Numbered from the whole stretch's first letter, positions 38,508-51,956 are shown. The stretch is 61,694 nucleotides of DNA, filler included, from Nemertoderma westbladi (GCA_032718475.1; 3 parts of 3 records of this genome joined end to end with filler, not necessarily neighbours in it), one strand, 5' to 3'. Numbers and translations are program-made. Notes: generated from the letters alone by a model not told the origin.

Positions 38508-38630
38508 TTTAGTGTCAGCTTCTGATACAGCTGATACAGATCCGTTAACCGGGTATTCTGGGCCTATACTACTTAGTGTCAGCTTCTGATACAGCTGATA
38601 CAGATCCGTTAACCGGGTATTCTGGGCCTA
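38508..38630. repeat. ~65-bp tandem duplication
   Basis: ttagtgtcagcttctgatacagctgatacagatccgttaaccgggtattctgggccta occurs twice. Confidence 0.85.
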
Positions 38631-38690
38631 CTGTGTACTATGATTTCTCCATGAAAGATTTTCATGGATTTAAATTCCTAAATATTTTGT

Positions 38691-41600
38691 ACTAGTGACG
38701 GGCCTAGCGGCCCGATAAGGAACCGACTTTTTATTTTAAATGAAAGAGACAACGAGAATTAGTATAGAACTAATAATTATGTAAAAATACAATCATATTT
38801 CATACAATAATTATTAATAAATTCGATCTATTAATAGTTGCTCAATTCTAGAACAAAATCGACCTGCAACTAGTGAAGACCTCGTTTTGGAATTTCGAAA
38901 CCACACTGGTGCGATGCGTGATATCGTGTTTAGTTATTAAATTGAAAACTCCATCAATTCATGTGCAACCAGTAATAAGAAATCGCTATAAATGTAATTA
39001 AATACAAATTATTCTAGAAAAATTTTCCTCAAAAAGTATGAAGTCTTGGCATTGGTGACGCGAAACTAGGCTAGTGAGATTCAGGATATTGCGTTTAATA
39101 TAAAAATCGAAAACGCTATCGAATTCCGTAAAGGCGTTAATAAAATACTGCAACTTTTTTGAAATTTGTAAAATTCTAGAACTAGAAAAAATTAATTTTT
39201 GAACGGCGCTGTTTGGGGTTTCGAAACATGGATAGGCTGAAAGAGGACATCGAATTAAGTTTAAAAATGAAAACCCCATCGAATTTGGACAAAGCGTTCC
39301 GGAGTTATAGCGGATCGAAAAAAATTGACACCCCCCCAGTCGCCAAAAATTTACAGTAATTTAAAATTTTGCAAAAAAAATTTTTTGCTTTATTTTTGAT
39401 GGCGAATCGATTGGCAGTACTGGCTACGAAAATTTTTTTTTTAAATTTTTGGTCAGAAAAAAAAACATGGAAAAAGTATATTTTTAAAAAGATTTCATGT
39501 CTTTGCCTATGGTCAGAGAATGATCCAACTCTGTAACTTGGCAATCGCTCAAATCCATTCAGCTGAATGGCACAGTAGAGTAAACTAAAGTAAATTCCCT
39601 ATACAATGTTCTGAAGGGGAGACTGACAGAGAGTAATCCAACAATAAAACATTTTGCAATAATGTTGGCATTAATGTAGCCAACTCACTGTGTACGTAAC
39701 AGTCATTCAGCTTACATTAGCAGAGTGAGATATTCCCATAGAATGCATTGGGAAAAGTAATTCAGCTGAGGCGATAATAGATTTCAAACTGAATCAACCA
39801 GTTAATATTTGCTTTGACAGAGAGTGCAGGGCCTAAACAAACAATATGGGTGTACTAAGTACAATAATCTTGGCAACCTCATCGATTTATACTAAGCCTT
39901 GTGTAGAAATGCATTACATAAGCCATTTTTCATCAGGACACCAGCTGTCATGGGTGTTATTTTATCATTGCGCCTATGGCGTTTTTTCGTTTATGTCTAT
40001 TTTTCGAGCCCACGGCTCATGGACAAAATAGCGGAACATTCCAGGGACCTTAGAATCGCGGTATCCAGCCGCTGTGAAAATTTCATCAAAATCGTTAGAG
40101 TAGTTTTGGCTGTAGATTAGCCAGTCAGCCAGCCAGTCAGCTAACAATTCTTACAGTAATGAACCTCTCGGTTCCTAACTAGTGACGGGCCTAGCGGCCC
40201 GATAAGGAACCGACTTTTTATTTTAAATGAAAGAGACAACGAGAATTAGTATAGAACTAATAATTATCTAAAAATACAATCATATTTCATACAATAATTA
40301 TTAATAAATTCGATCTATTAATAGTTGCTCAATTCTAGAACAAAATCGACCTGCAACTAGTGAAGACCTCGTTTTGGAATTTCGAAACCACGCTGGTGCG
40401 ATGCGCGATATCGTGTTTAGTTATTAAATTGAAAACTCCATCAATTCATGTGCAACCAGTAATAAGAAATCGCTATAAATGTAATTAAATACAAATTATT
40501 CTAGAAAAATTTTCCTCAAAAAGTATGAAGTCTTGGCATTGGTGACGCGAAACTAGGCTAGTGAGATTCAGGATATTGCGTTTAATATAAAAATCGAAAA
40601 CGCTATCGAATTCCGTAAAGGCGTTAATAAAATACTGCAACTTTTTTGAAATTTGTAAAATTCTAGAACTAGAAAAAATTAATTTTTGAACGGCGCTGTT
40701 TGGGGTTTCGAAACATGGATAGGCTGAAAGAGGACATCGAATTAAGTTTAAAAATGAAAACCCCATCGAATTTGGACAAAGCGTTCCGGAGTTATAGCGG
40801 ATCGAAAAAAATTGACACCCCCCCAGTCGCCAAAAATTTACAGTAATTTAAAATTTTGCAAAAAAAATTTTTTGCTTTATTTTTGATGGCGAATCGATTG
40901 GCAGTACTGGCTACGAAAATTTTTTTTTTAAATTTTTGGTCAGAAAAAAAAACATGGAAAAAGTATATTTTTAAAAAGATTTCATGTCTTTGCCTATGGT
41001 CAGAGAATGATCCAACTCTGTAACTTGGCAATCGCTCAAATCCATTCAGCTGAATGGCACAGTAGAGTAAACTAAAGTAAATTCCCTATACAATGTTCTG
41101 AAGGGGAGACTGACAGAGAGTAATCCAACAATAAAACATTTTGCAATAATGTTGGCATTAATGTAGCCAACTCACTGTGTACGTAACAGTCATTCAGCTT
41201 ACATTAGCAGAGTGAGATATTCCCATAGAATGCATTGGGAAAAGTAATTCAGCTGAGGCGATAATAGATTTCAAACTGAATCAACCAGTTAATATTTGCT
41301 TTGACAGAGAGTGCAGGGCCTAAACAAACAATATGGGTGTACTAAGTACAATAATCTTGGCAACCTCATCGATTTATACTAAGCCTTGTGTAGAAATGCA
41401 TTACATAAGCCATTTTTCATCAGGACACCAGCTGTCATGGGTGTTATTTTATCATTGCGCCTATGGCGTTTTTTCGTTTATGTCTATTTTTCGAGCCCAC
41501 GGCTCATGGACAAAATAGCGGAACATTCCAGGGACCTTAGAATCGCGGTATCCAGCCGCTGTGAAAATTTCATCAAAATCGTTAGAGTAGTTTTGGCTGT

Positions 41601-44600
41601 AGATTAGCCAGTCAGCCAGCCAGTCAGCTAACAATTCTTACAGTAATGAACCTCTCGGTTCCTAACTAGTGACGGGCCTAGCGGCCCGATAAGGAACCGA
41701 CTTTTTATTTTAAATAAAAGAGACAACGAGAATTAGTATAGAACTAATAATTATCTAAAAATACAATCATATTTCATACAATAATTATTAATAAATTCGA
41801 TCTATTATTAGTTGCTCAATTCTAGAACAAAATCGACCTGCAACTAGTGAAGACCTCGTTTTGGAATTTCGAAACCACGCTGGTGCGATGCGCGATATCG
41901 TGTTTAGTTAATAAAGTGAAAACTCCATCAATTCATGTGCAACCAGTAATAAGAAATCACTATAAATGTAATTAATTAAAAATTATTCTAGAAAAATTTT
42001 CCTCAAAAAGTATGAAGTCTTGGCATTGGTGACGCGAAACTAGGCTAGTGAGATTCAGGATATTGCGTTTAATATAAAAATCGAAAACGCTATCGAATTC
42101 CGTAAAGGCGTTAATAAAATACTGCAACTTTTTTGAAATTTGTAAAATTCTAGAACTAGAAAAAAATAAATTTTGAACGGCGTTGTTTGGGGTTTCGAAA
42201 CATGGATAGGCTGAAAGAGGACATCGAATTAAGTTGAAAAATGAAAACCCCATCGAATTTGGACAAAGCGTTCCGGAGTTATAGCGAATCGAAAAAAATT
42301 GACCCCCCCCAGTCGCCAAAAATTTACAGTAATTTAAAATTTTGCAAAAAAAAATTTTTGCGTTATTTTTGATGGCGAATCGATTGGCAGTACTGGCTAC
42401 AAAAAATTTTTTTTTTGAAATTTTTGGTCAGAAAAAAAACAAGGAAAAAGTATATTTTAAAAAAGATTTGATGTCTTTGCCTATGGTCAGAGAATGATCC
42501 AACTCTGTACTTGGCAATCGCTCAAATCCATTCAGCTGAATGGCACAGTAGAGTAAACTAAAGTAAATTCCCTATACAATGTTCTGAAGGGGAGACTGAC
42601 AGAGAGTAATCCAACAATAAAACATTTTGCAATAATGTTGGCATTAATGTAGCCAACTCACTGTGTACTTAACAGTCATTCAGCTTACATTAGCAGAGTG
42701 AGATATTGCCATAGATTGCATTGGGAAGAGTAATTCAGCTGAGGCGATATTAGATTTCAAACTAAACCAACCAGTTAATAATGTTTGCTTTGACAGAGAG
42801 TGGTGGCCTATACAAACAGTATGGGTGTACTGAGTATAATAATCTTGGCAACCTCATCGATTTATTACTAAGCCTTGTGTAGAAATGCATTACATAAGCC
42901 ATTTTTCATCAGGACACCAGCTGTCATTGGTGTTATTTTACTATTGCGCCTATGGCGTTTTTTCGTTCTCTATTTTTCGAGCCCAGAGGCTATGGACGGA
43001 GTAGCCGATCATGCCAGGGACCTTAGAATCGCGGTATCTAGCCGCTGTGAAAATTTCATCAAAATCGTTAGAGTAGTTTTGGCTGTAGATCAGTCAGCCA
43101 GCCAGCCAGTCTCGAGCAATTCTTACAGTAATGAACCTCTCGGTTCCTAACTAGTGACGGCGTCAAGACGCCGTTAAGCAAGTCGGAAGTCGTCAATCAA
43201 AGGTAAGTTCCCTCAACAATGTTTACCTTTGTTCAGAAGGGAAGTGTTATTTATCTATGGTCAGAGAGAGATCCCACTCTGTAATTTGGCAATTGCTCAA
43301 ATCCATTCAGCTGAATGACTCAGTAGAGTAAACTAAAGTAAATTCCCTCAGCCTCAACAATGTTTGCCTATGGTGTGAAGGGAATCTGACAGAGAATAAT
43401 CTTAGCCACTAAATGTCATTCACCTAACAAAGCATTTTGAATGCCGCAGTGATTAACCCAATACAGATAATAAGCAGTTATTTTTATATTTCAAACTATA
43501 ATGTTAGTGTAAGCCTTACAGAGTATCAGTATGAGGCTGAGTAAACATTCCGCCTTATAAGCATACAGCCTCCACAGTATTAATGTTGGCATTAATGTAG
43601 CCGATACACTGTATACCTAATAGTCATTCAGCAGGGGGAAGAGTTATTCAGCTGAGGCGGTAATAGATTGCAAACTAAACCAACCAGTTGGCAGCCTCAT
43701 CGATTTATACTAAGCCTGTGTAGAACCACAAACTAAATCAACCAGTTAATATTTGCTTTGACAGAGTGTCCTAGGGCCTAAACAAACAGTATGGGTGTAC
43801 TAAGTATAATACTCTTGGCAACCTCATCGATTTAATACTAAGCCTTGTGTAGAATTGCATTACATAAGCCATTTTTCATCAGGACACCAGCTGTCATGGG
43901 TGATATTTTACCATTGCGCCTATGGCGTTTTTTTCGTTTATCTCTATTTTTCGAGCCCAGAGGCTATGGACGGAGTAGCCGATCATGCCAGGGACCTTAG
44001 AATCGCGGTATCTAGATGCTGTGAAAATTTCATCAAAATCGTTAGAGTAGTTTTGGCTGTAGATCAGCCAGCCAGCCAGTCAGTCAGTCAGCCAGCCAGT
44101 CAGTCAACAATTCTTACAGTAATCAAGTCTAACGACTTGCTAACTAGTGACGGGCCTAGCGGCCCGATAAGGAACCGACTTTTTATTTTAAATAAAAGAG
44201 ACAATGAGAATTAGTATAGAACTAATAATTATCTAAAAATACAATCATATTTCATACAATAATTATTAATAAATTCGATCCATTATTAGTTGCTCAATTC
44301 TAGAACAAAATCGACCTGCAACTAGTGAAGACCTCGTTTTGGAATTTCGAAACCACGCTGGTGCGATGCGCGATATCGTGTTTAGTTAATAAATTGAAAA
44401 CTCCATCAATTCATGTGCAATCAGTAATAAGAAATCGCGATAAATGTAATTAAATAAAAATTATTCTAGAAAAATTTTCCTCAAAAAGTATGAAATCTTG
44501 GCATTGGTGACGCGAAACTAGGCTAGTGAGATTCAGGATATTGCGTTTAATATAAAAATCGAAAACGCTATCGAATTCCGTAAAGGCGTTAATAAAATAC

Positions 44601-46531
44601 TGCAACTTTTTTGAAATTTGTAAAATTCTAGAACTAGAAAAAAATAATTTTTGAACGGCGCTGTTTGGGGTTTCGAAACATGGATAGGCTGAAAGAGGAC
44701 ATCGAATTAAGTTGAAAAATGAAAACCCCATCGAATTTGGACAAAGCGTTCCGGAGTTATAGCGGATCGAAAAAAATTGACCCCCCCCAGTCGCCAAAAA
44801 TTTACAGTAATTTAAAATTTTGCAAAAAAAATTATTTGCGTTATTTTTGATGGCGAATCGATTGGCAGTACTGGCTACGAAAAATTTTTTTTGAAATTTT
44901 TGGTCAGAAAAAAAAACATGGAAAAAGTATATTCTTAAAAAGATTTGATGTCTTTGCCTATGGTCAGAGAATGATCCAACTCTGTACTTGGCAATCGCTC
45001 AAATCCATTCAGCTGAATGGCACAGTAGAGTAAACTAAAGTAAATTCCCTATACAATGTTCTGAAGGGGAGACTGACAGAGAGTAATCCAACAATAAAAC
45101 ATTTTGCAATAATGTTGGCATTAATGTAGCCAACACACTGTGTGGGGCGAGCCACGAAGTGAGTGAGCCTTAGCGTAGTGGTACCATTAATCAACCTGTC
45201 GTTCTGTCGTTCTGTCGTTCTGTCGTTCTGTCGTTCTGTCGTGTTCAATTTTAAACGTTAATAACTCGGCCAATCTTTGATGAAATCTATCCAAACTTGG
45301 TACACATGTTGTTTGGCAAAAGTTTAGAAATTTTCCAAGTAGAATTTCCGTGTGGCCTTCGAGAAGCTAAGATAATAGCAGTTAATTAGTTAATTAAGTT
45401 GATTACGGTGAAAACACCATTTTCAACCTGCCTTTTAAAGGAAATTAATTGTTTTACAGTATAAGATTTAAATAATTATAATTAAAAATTATACAGATGT
45501 AATCCACATACGCCATTCTATTATAGTTTTTAATTAGTTCAAGTGATTTGCTTTAATAATTGTGTCTTTAATTGATCTAAAGTAATTAAAACGGCATAAA
45601 AAATTGATTCTATTAAATACTGATCATTTATTGGCCAACTTGCAAGTTGGCTGGTACATAGATGGGGGATGTGTGTGTAAGGGAGCCAGTTGCTGGGAAT
45701 GCCAGTGGAGGGGGGTTGTATGTAACTAGCCACACGGCTGCCAGCTAGACCTAACGAGATTGAAACCTGCATTCCCTACCTCCTATTACACTATAGAGTC
45801 TGTGTTCTTTAGTCTCAGGTAATAGACAGATCTCATTTAATGATTGTCAGTCAATAAGATTACCACTGCGCAGAAGGCTTATATCCAAAATTGTTTATTT
45901 CTCAAAATATTATGCTTATTATTTTTTGATGGGATTTCTGTGTATTTTAATTGTCTAAGTTTTCAGAGGCATTAACAGTATATTAAATAAATTATTTGAA
46001 TATCATTCATTACTGCATCGACTGTATTTAGTACTGCGTAGATTATATTCCTATAAACCACCTGGCTTCGCATATTGAACGTGCGATTGGAAATAAGTTC
46101 GTGCTACCTTCCGTGGGTGGTAGATGTCGCGGTTATGTATTGGTGGGTGGGAAGGGTGGGGGGGGGGGGGGGGTGGTGGGGTGGGGTGGGGGTGCAGATT
46201 TAAAGGGCTGAACACGTACTGTCCCTCTTTTTTTGATTGATTGGCGGTGTGGTTAAATTTCTAAATTTTACTAATTTATAAAGTTAAATACTGCTTTTGT
46301 GATACAGTCGCTCGATATTAATTTGTATCTCATAACTGGGCCTCGTGCTGCGCGAAGGCCCCACGAACGTGTACTAAAGTCATTCAGCTTACATTAGCAG
46401 AGGGAGATATTCGCATAGAATGCATTGGGAAGAGTAATTCAGCTGAGGCGATTAACTAAACCAACCAGTTAATATTTGCTTTGACAGAGTGTCCTAGGGC
46501 CTAAACAAACAGTATGGGTGTACTGAGTACA
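38691..46531 (-). mobile_element. Head-to-tail array of non-autonomous Helentron/DINE-1-like rolling-circle elements
   Basis: Units start at ACTAGT 38691, 40178, 41665, 43150 and 44143 (spacings 1487, 1487, 1485, 993). Minus strand: 5' TT + subterminal IR + short hairpin + (CTGA/CTGG)n microsatellite + gattttgatgaaattt core ... complementary subterminal IR + GC hairpin + CTAGT. Confidence 0.82.
45141..46374 (+). mobile_element. ~1.2-kb non-autonomous element nested in the fifth array unit
   Basis: Interrupts cactgtgt|ac...gtcattcagc of the host unit; ends tgtggggcg...gccccacgaacgtgtac; (ctgtcgtt)n near the 5' end; related short copy at 50175-50452. Confidence 0.72.
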
Positions 46532-46631
46532 NNNNNNNNNNNNNNNNNNNNNNNNNNNNNNNNNNNNNNNNNNNNTTAATTAATTAANNNNNNNNNNNNN
46601 NNNNNNNNNNNNNNNNNNNNNNNNNNNNNNN
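46532..46631. other. Assembly spacer
   Basis: 44 N + TTAATTAATTAA + 44 N. Confidence 0.97.
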
Positions 46632-46899
46632 TTATAGTAGTCCAACTAGGCTTTGGCTTAGGGCCTTCCCACAACAAGGGGTCCCTCAAAAATACAATGT
46701 AAGTGTAAAATTTAATATAAATAACATGCATATTTCAATGATTATTATTTTATATACCGGTACTGATATAATATAATATTTAAATTACTCGTACAAAATT
46801 ATTATTAAACATTATTATAATAAATTTTCGGAAATGCCGGTATCTCACCTATACCAATCTCACCCTTATGCCTTAGAATTGAAATTTGCAAGCTATGTT

Positions 46900-47640
46900 C
46901 TAGCATTAAACAGTTAAACTCGGAACGATAACTGGCATAATTATGCCACAAATTTATTTCCCACTAAATGTTCCCTTAGTGTGGCAAATATGTTTTCATT
47001 TGAATGCAATATGGGGTCATTCATTAAGCTAATGTACAGAAAAGGATCCCCAGTATCTGTAATACTGAGTCAGATAACAGCATATAGAAACGCAGGGATT
47101 GAGTTTCTCAAGTATCACTCTAAACATGATACTTATATTTCTAAGATTCTTTCTAGTCAGCTGTTCACTCAAACTCATTACAGTGCGAATTATACACCTT
47201 TGAATATCTCCGAAGATGGAAAATCTTGTTCCAGAATTGTAAGCCCAAGTGGTGCCACAGTGCATTCTTTTTCATATACGCACAAACGGAAGTCATGTAG
47301 CTATTTTGTTAAATTTAAAGATGATACTTTTGGTAAGATAATGACTTTCATACTAGATTTTACAACCAGATTACCAACAAGTGTTGTTTATCAACCACTG
47401 AAAAAAACTGGTGACATAATTGAAAAGGCGCTAAAGACACAAACTTTAGAGTAAGTTTTCTGTCTTAGCAACACAAAATATAATTTTTAATATAGTAAGT
47501 CAAGAAGATGAAGGCAAGAATTTTCATTCAGATAAAAAAGTTGCAGATATTCTGTGTAGGTGTGTTGCTGTTAAATCACCTTTTTGTTTACTCGAAGATG
47601 AAATTATTTTAATTCCTGAACCAACTTCATATATGCACAA
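46900..47640 (+). pseudogene. Decayed C-terminal part of an EnSpm/CMC-like transposase
   Basis: NWHNY...SLSVANMFSFECNMGSFIKLM..KGSPVSVILSQI resembles the H..H...GPL...SxFxFE...G.LK...P..QI pattern; followed by SYTHKRKSCSYFVKFKDDTFGKIMTF; assignment from motif recall only. Confidence 0.5.
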
Positions 47641-47757
47641 TTAATTAGGGCACATTCTGGTCTGGCTGGTTATATTTAGGCTGATAATATACTGTAGTTT
47701 TTCCTTTGCTTATAACTTATAGCTTATAACGTATTCCTTATAACTATTATTACACAA

Positions 47758-49960
47758 ATGGCTTGCGATCGAATTTGCTTTGTGTTGTACTGGCCATCGA
47801 CGACACAGTACGGTGTGTATGGCATTATAACCACCGGCTATTGTCAGGTTTGTCATTGACTGACAAACTTCAGTGGAAGGCTGGACACACAGTACGAATA
47901 AGAGGAAATATTGTAAAAATAATTAGTATATCTTCAAAATCAGTGGCTGATGATCTCCTAAAAAAGTTGGATGAATATAGCACAGACGAGCTACACGATT
48001 TTGTATCAAATGTTGTAATAATGGGAGACGGAAATGATGAATCTGATGATGATGTTACAGCCATATTAGATAATCCGAGGAAACGTGTTCGTATTCAAAA
48101 GAAATTCGATGATAGTGATTCATCTGATGTTGTAGATAACGATATGCCTATATGTACCAATTGCTAAAGAAAAGGAAAAGCGTTGTGGAAAAAGATCCAA
48201 AACACTGGATATCAATATCGACCGCAGTTCAACAAGTAGCGTCAGTAAATCGATACGTTCAGGAACTGCAGCTAATAATGCCAACACTAGTAGTACTAAT
48301 CCGAGCAACGGTACCTCAAAATCGAATTCTGCATGTACTGGCAATCTCGAGATGCAAGAAATAATAGAAGATATACGGGTTCAACATACTCGTGACCGAA
48401 ATGTACTAAAACGTGAATTTAGACTTTTGCGGAAGGCGTTATACGAGCGACAACCAGAAATAAACAGCAGTGACGTATCAACCCCATTAGCTGATGGTAG
48501 TGTTGGAGATGATGTATTGATTCCTCAGACTTGGTAAGTTATTAATGTACGTACAGTAAGTTATACAGGTATATATAGCACTTTTTGGTATCCTGCCGGA
48601 TCGGATATCTGGCAGTTGTTTTCCGGATATCAGCTGAATATTAAATCTTACTAAACGAGAGAAAAGCTTGTTACTTTGGTTTACTAACCTTATTATGTTT
48701 AAACTTTAAAGTTATATATTTATTAATTCATAATATAAATATTGATATATAAATGATTTTAAATTAATTATTTATGGGGTGAAATTCTCAGATATTTTTT
48801 TATTCGTTTAAAAAAAAGAAATGGAAAGTTACCTTCATACGATGTCGATCCATCTGTAACGTGACTTTTTGCATAGTGTAATTATATTTTACCGGTATAT
48901 TTATAATTTAGACAATTTCGTAATATTTTCGTCATTTCCGACGATTTTAGAACTACAGTACTTATCCATTATCCAATACTTATCCATTATCCAATACTTA
49001 TCCATTATCCAATACTTATCCAATACTTATCCATTATCCAATACTTATCCATTATCCAATACTTATCCAATACTTATCCATTATCCAATACTTATCCAAT
49101 ACTTATCCATTATCCAATACTTATCCAATATCCAATACTTATCCAATATTTATCCCACATTATTAACTACAGGTTGCCAGTTCTCATGATGGGAAGGAAT
49201 TCAATGTATTCGACATAAGTGTTCCTCTATTTACCTCAAAAATCCCACCACAGGCTGCCATAAATTCATTTGGCCTCAAACTATGGTCACGCATAATGAC
49301 ACCAGATGATATTATAGGAACAATTATAGAACCCGATTCGATTGGTTCAACATTTAGAACTGCAGCTCCAGATTTGAAGGTCAATCAATATTCTTAAAGG
49401 TTAGTAGGCCTACTTTTTAAAGAGATATACATATAAGAATGTGTCAGTGCATAGTGAGAAAATGAATTACCATCTGTAGGCCCATATATACAAATAGTGA
49501 AATGGGCTACTGTACTTATCTTGTATATTATGTATATTATTATACTACAGTATATTGTATAAGTCGCATTGCAGTTAGTCCGATGGAAAGATAACAACAT
49601 TGCGAGGCCTGATCTATCTCGATTCCATCAAAAGTGTAAAATGATTTCGGAAATAAAATTACCGCCCAAGAAAACAAACCAACATCAATAGCACCACCGT
49701 GATTAGACCCAGCAAACTACTATAATGTTGGTTTAATTTATAATATAACCCATATACAGTATAATTATATATTTTACATTTTAGAAATGGTTACGAAGCG
49801 ATTCAGTCTTAATAATTCATTATTTAGAAATGCGATGTGGCCCAAATTGAGGCGATCCATTAACCAGAAGGGAATAGATGCTAACAGGAAAGAAAAGGGT
49901 AGCCGCGATCGGGACCAGGGCGAGAACCATGAACAGTGTGAATATCAAATAATTTATTAA
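47758..49960 (+). pseudogene. Frameshifted three-exon gene with a C-terminal BEN-like domain
   Basis: Exon blocks ~47758-48533, 49173-49399 and 49785-49960 with GT/AG ends; removing a TCAA duplication gives FGLKLWSRIMTPDDIIG...DLKVNILKEMVTKRF...MWPKLRRSINQKGIDANRK; several frameshifts. Confidence 0.5.
48958..49150. repeat. Degenerate 11/18-bp tandem repeat just upstream of an acceptor
   Basis: (tacttatcca[ttatcca]a)n. Confidence 0.85.
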
Positions 49961-50174
49961 AATATGCTACTGTGTGGGCGTTAATATATTATATATCATG
50001 TATTTTGTAAACTGCGATACATACTGTATAGGCCTTCGTTTCATTTGCATGCATTTCTACTTAAAAATTTTAAAACGATATTTAGACGGATTAATTACAT
50101 ACAAAATATCCAAAATACAGATATGAACCCTCGGTTCTAGATATGCGGCTTACTGTACTACAGTACGGTATACT

Positions 50175-50452
50175 GTACACGTTCGTGTGGCCTTCGCGCA
50201 GCACAAGACTGTGTATACGTACCAAGTATGGTTTAATCATCAATGATTGACCGACTTATATCGGTTTTTATCAAAACTCCTCTGAAACTGTCGATACCGA
50301 ATGACTGACTGTCTGATTTTTTTTTCTCAAACTTCGGGTTCTTTATAAACTTTTGACAAACTCTAAACATACCAAGTTTGGTTAAATTTTAACAAGGAAT
50401 AATGGTACCCCTATGCTAAGGCTTCGCTCACAGCTTGGCACGCCGCCCCACA
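50175..50452 (-). mobile_element. Short relative of the 45141-46374 element
   Basis: Both termini match in inverted orientation (gtacacgttcgtgtggccttcgcgcagcac ... taatggtaccc...gccccaca). Confidence 0.65.
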
Positions 50453-51576
50453 TTCTAAATATAGTACATTGTTTGCAAATGCTTCTAAAGCCAACATTAT
50501 ATTAGCTTTATCTTTATATGATTATTTTTATACTACTGTACTTAATATGCCGACCCTAACAAATATTAATAAATATAATAACAAGCTGGCAAGCCTGGAG
50601 GGTTCACGGTCCTCCTACTTAATCAGTACAATAATAATACGTTTTCGTTCGGGTAGGCCTATGTTTCCTTTTCACTTGTTCCCATCGTAGGCGACCTCAT
50701 GCTTATCCCACCACGACCACGACCACCAGTTACGAGTTGGGTAGGCCGTAGGCGTCTACCGGCAACCGGTAAGTAATTACGCGCCACACGACGTCATCCC
50801 GCCATCCGCCAACATTTATACCGGTCTGCCGGTACGGTAAGCCTACCACCTACCGGCTGGCTACCATCGCACCGTAGGTCTACCGCCTACGCCTACCGGT
50901 CAACCGGTAACGGTAGGCTACCTCGTACCGGTACAGCGGTACTCAAAGTCGTACCGGTATTCAGGTATTGTCGTAATTGACAAATGCAGGATTAAACCGT
51001 AACCCGGTCCGGTACCGGTACCATATGCATCTGAACGACTGGACGGTTAATCTCATAGCATAGCTGCATAGGCCTACCGGTAGTCAGTGCGAAGTCGCCT
51101 GCGAACATGGCGAAATATTATATTTACTGCTAGGGCTAGGTTAGGACCTACTGCTGTACTGACCTATGACAGTATGAAGATAGGCAGATAGGCCTACAGT
51201 GGTCAGGTAGTACCGGTCCGGTATGCCTACTACAGGCAGACAATCAGACAGTACTACAGTAGCAGTGCTAATTAATTACCTTAATTAAATCTTCAATTAG
51301 GTCATAATGTAGGTCCAAATTTAAAAATCGGCCTCCGTTAATCGATTTAGAAATAATTCAGGTACCTCCATGCCAAATATCAGAATCATCCATTGCGTTC
51401 CCTATGACAAGATAGCTTTTTCCTAAACCATGCGAAAACACGCAAATATAGCGCTCACATCGCACAAATACCATCTCGACACCCAATTTTTTGTATGAGC
51501 CTTCGCCATCCCTATATCTAACTTTTGTCCAAATTTTGTTTCGATTGATTAATAAATAACTGAGATATCGCTCTGG

Positions 51577-51622
51577 ACACACACACACACACACACACAC
51601 ACTAACACACACACACACACAC
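51577..51622. repeat. (CA)n microsatellite
   Basis: Directly visible, with one interruption. Confidence 0.95.
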
Positions 51623-51716
51623 ATTACGGTAATAATGGTCACTTATGTCAAGGACCGTGAACCAATAATTATAGTTTTGGAATAAATGTAATTATTTTGG
51701 ATATGGATTTGGATAA

Positions 51717-51956
51717 GGCGGGGTAGCTCAGTTGGTTGAGCGCCTGGCCTGCAATCTAATGGTTGTAGGTTCAGCCCCGCCAGGGTCCACTCAGCCTTTC
51801 ATCCACTGGGGTCGATAAAATGAGTACCAGTTAAATAACTGGGAGCAAATCTTGGGATAGGAGTAGCGCCCACCCCTACCCTCGGGTAGCAGCTATCGAA
51901 AGAGGAGCCTTTGGGTCGCCTCCGGCTTCGGCCGACTGTTTGCTTTGCTTGCTTTG
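51717..51956 (+). mobile_element. tRNA-derived SINE
   Basis: Head GGCGGGG-TAGCTCAGTTGG (A box)...GGTTCAG-CCCCGCC; central actcagcctttcatcc...gtcgataaaatgagtaccag resembles the MetaSINE/Sauria-type conserved domain; (gcttt) tail. Confidence 0.75.

Noticed and set aside
38998-44797. Repeated 60-119-aa ORFs as a tandem gene family
   Set aside because: Low-complexity AT-rich frames recurring only because the non-coding element is repeated; not preserved consistently among units
51717-51782. Functional tRNA-Cys(GCA)
   Set aside because: The acceptor stem pairs, but the anticodon stem is mismatched and the T arm is truncated; it continues directly into a SINE body
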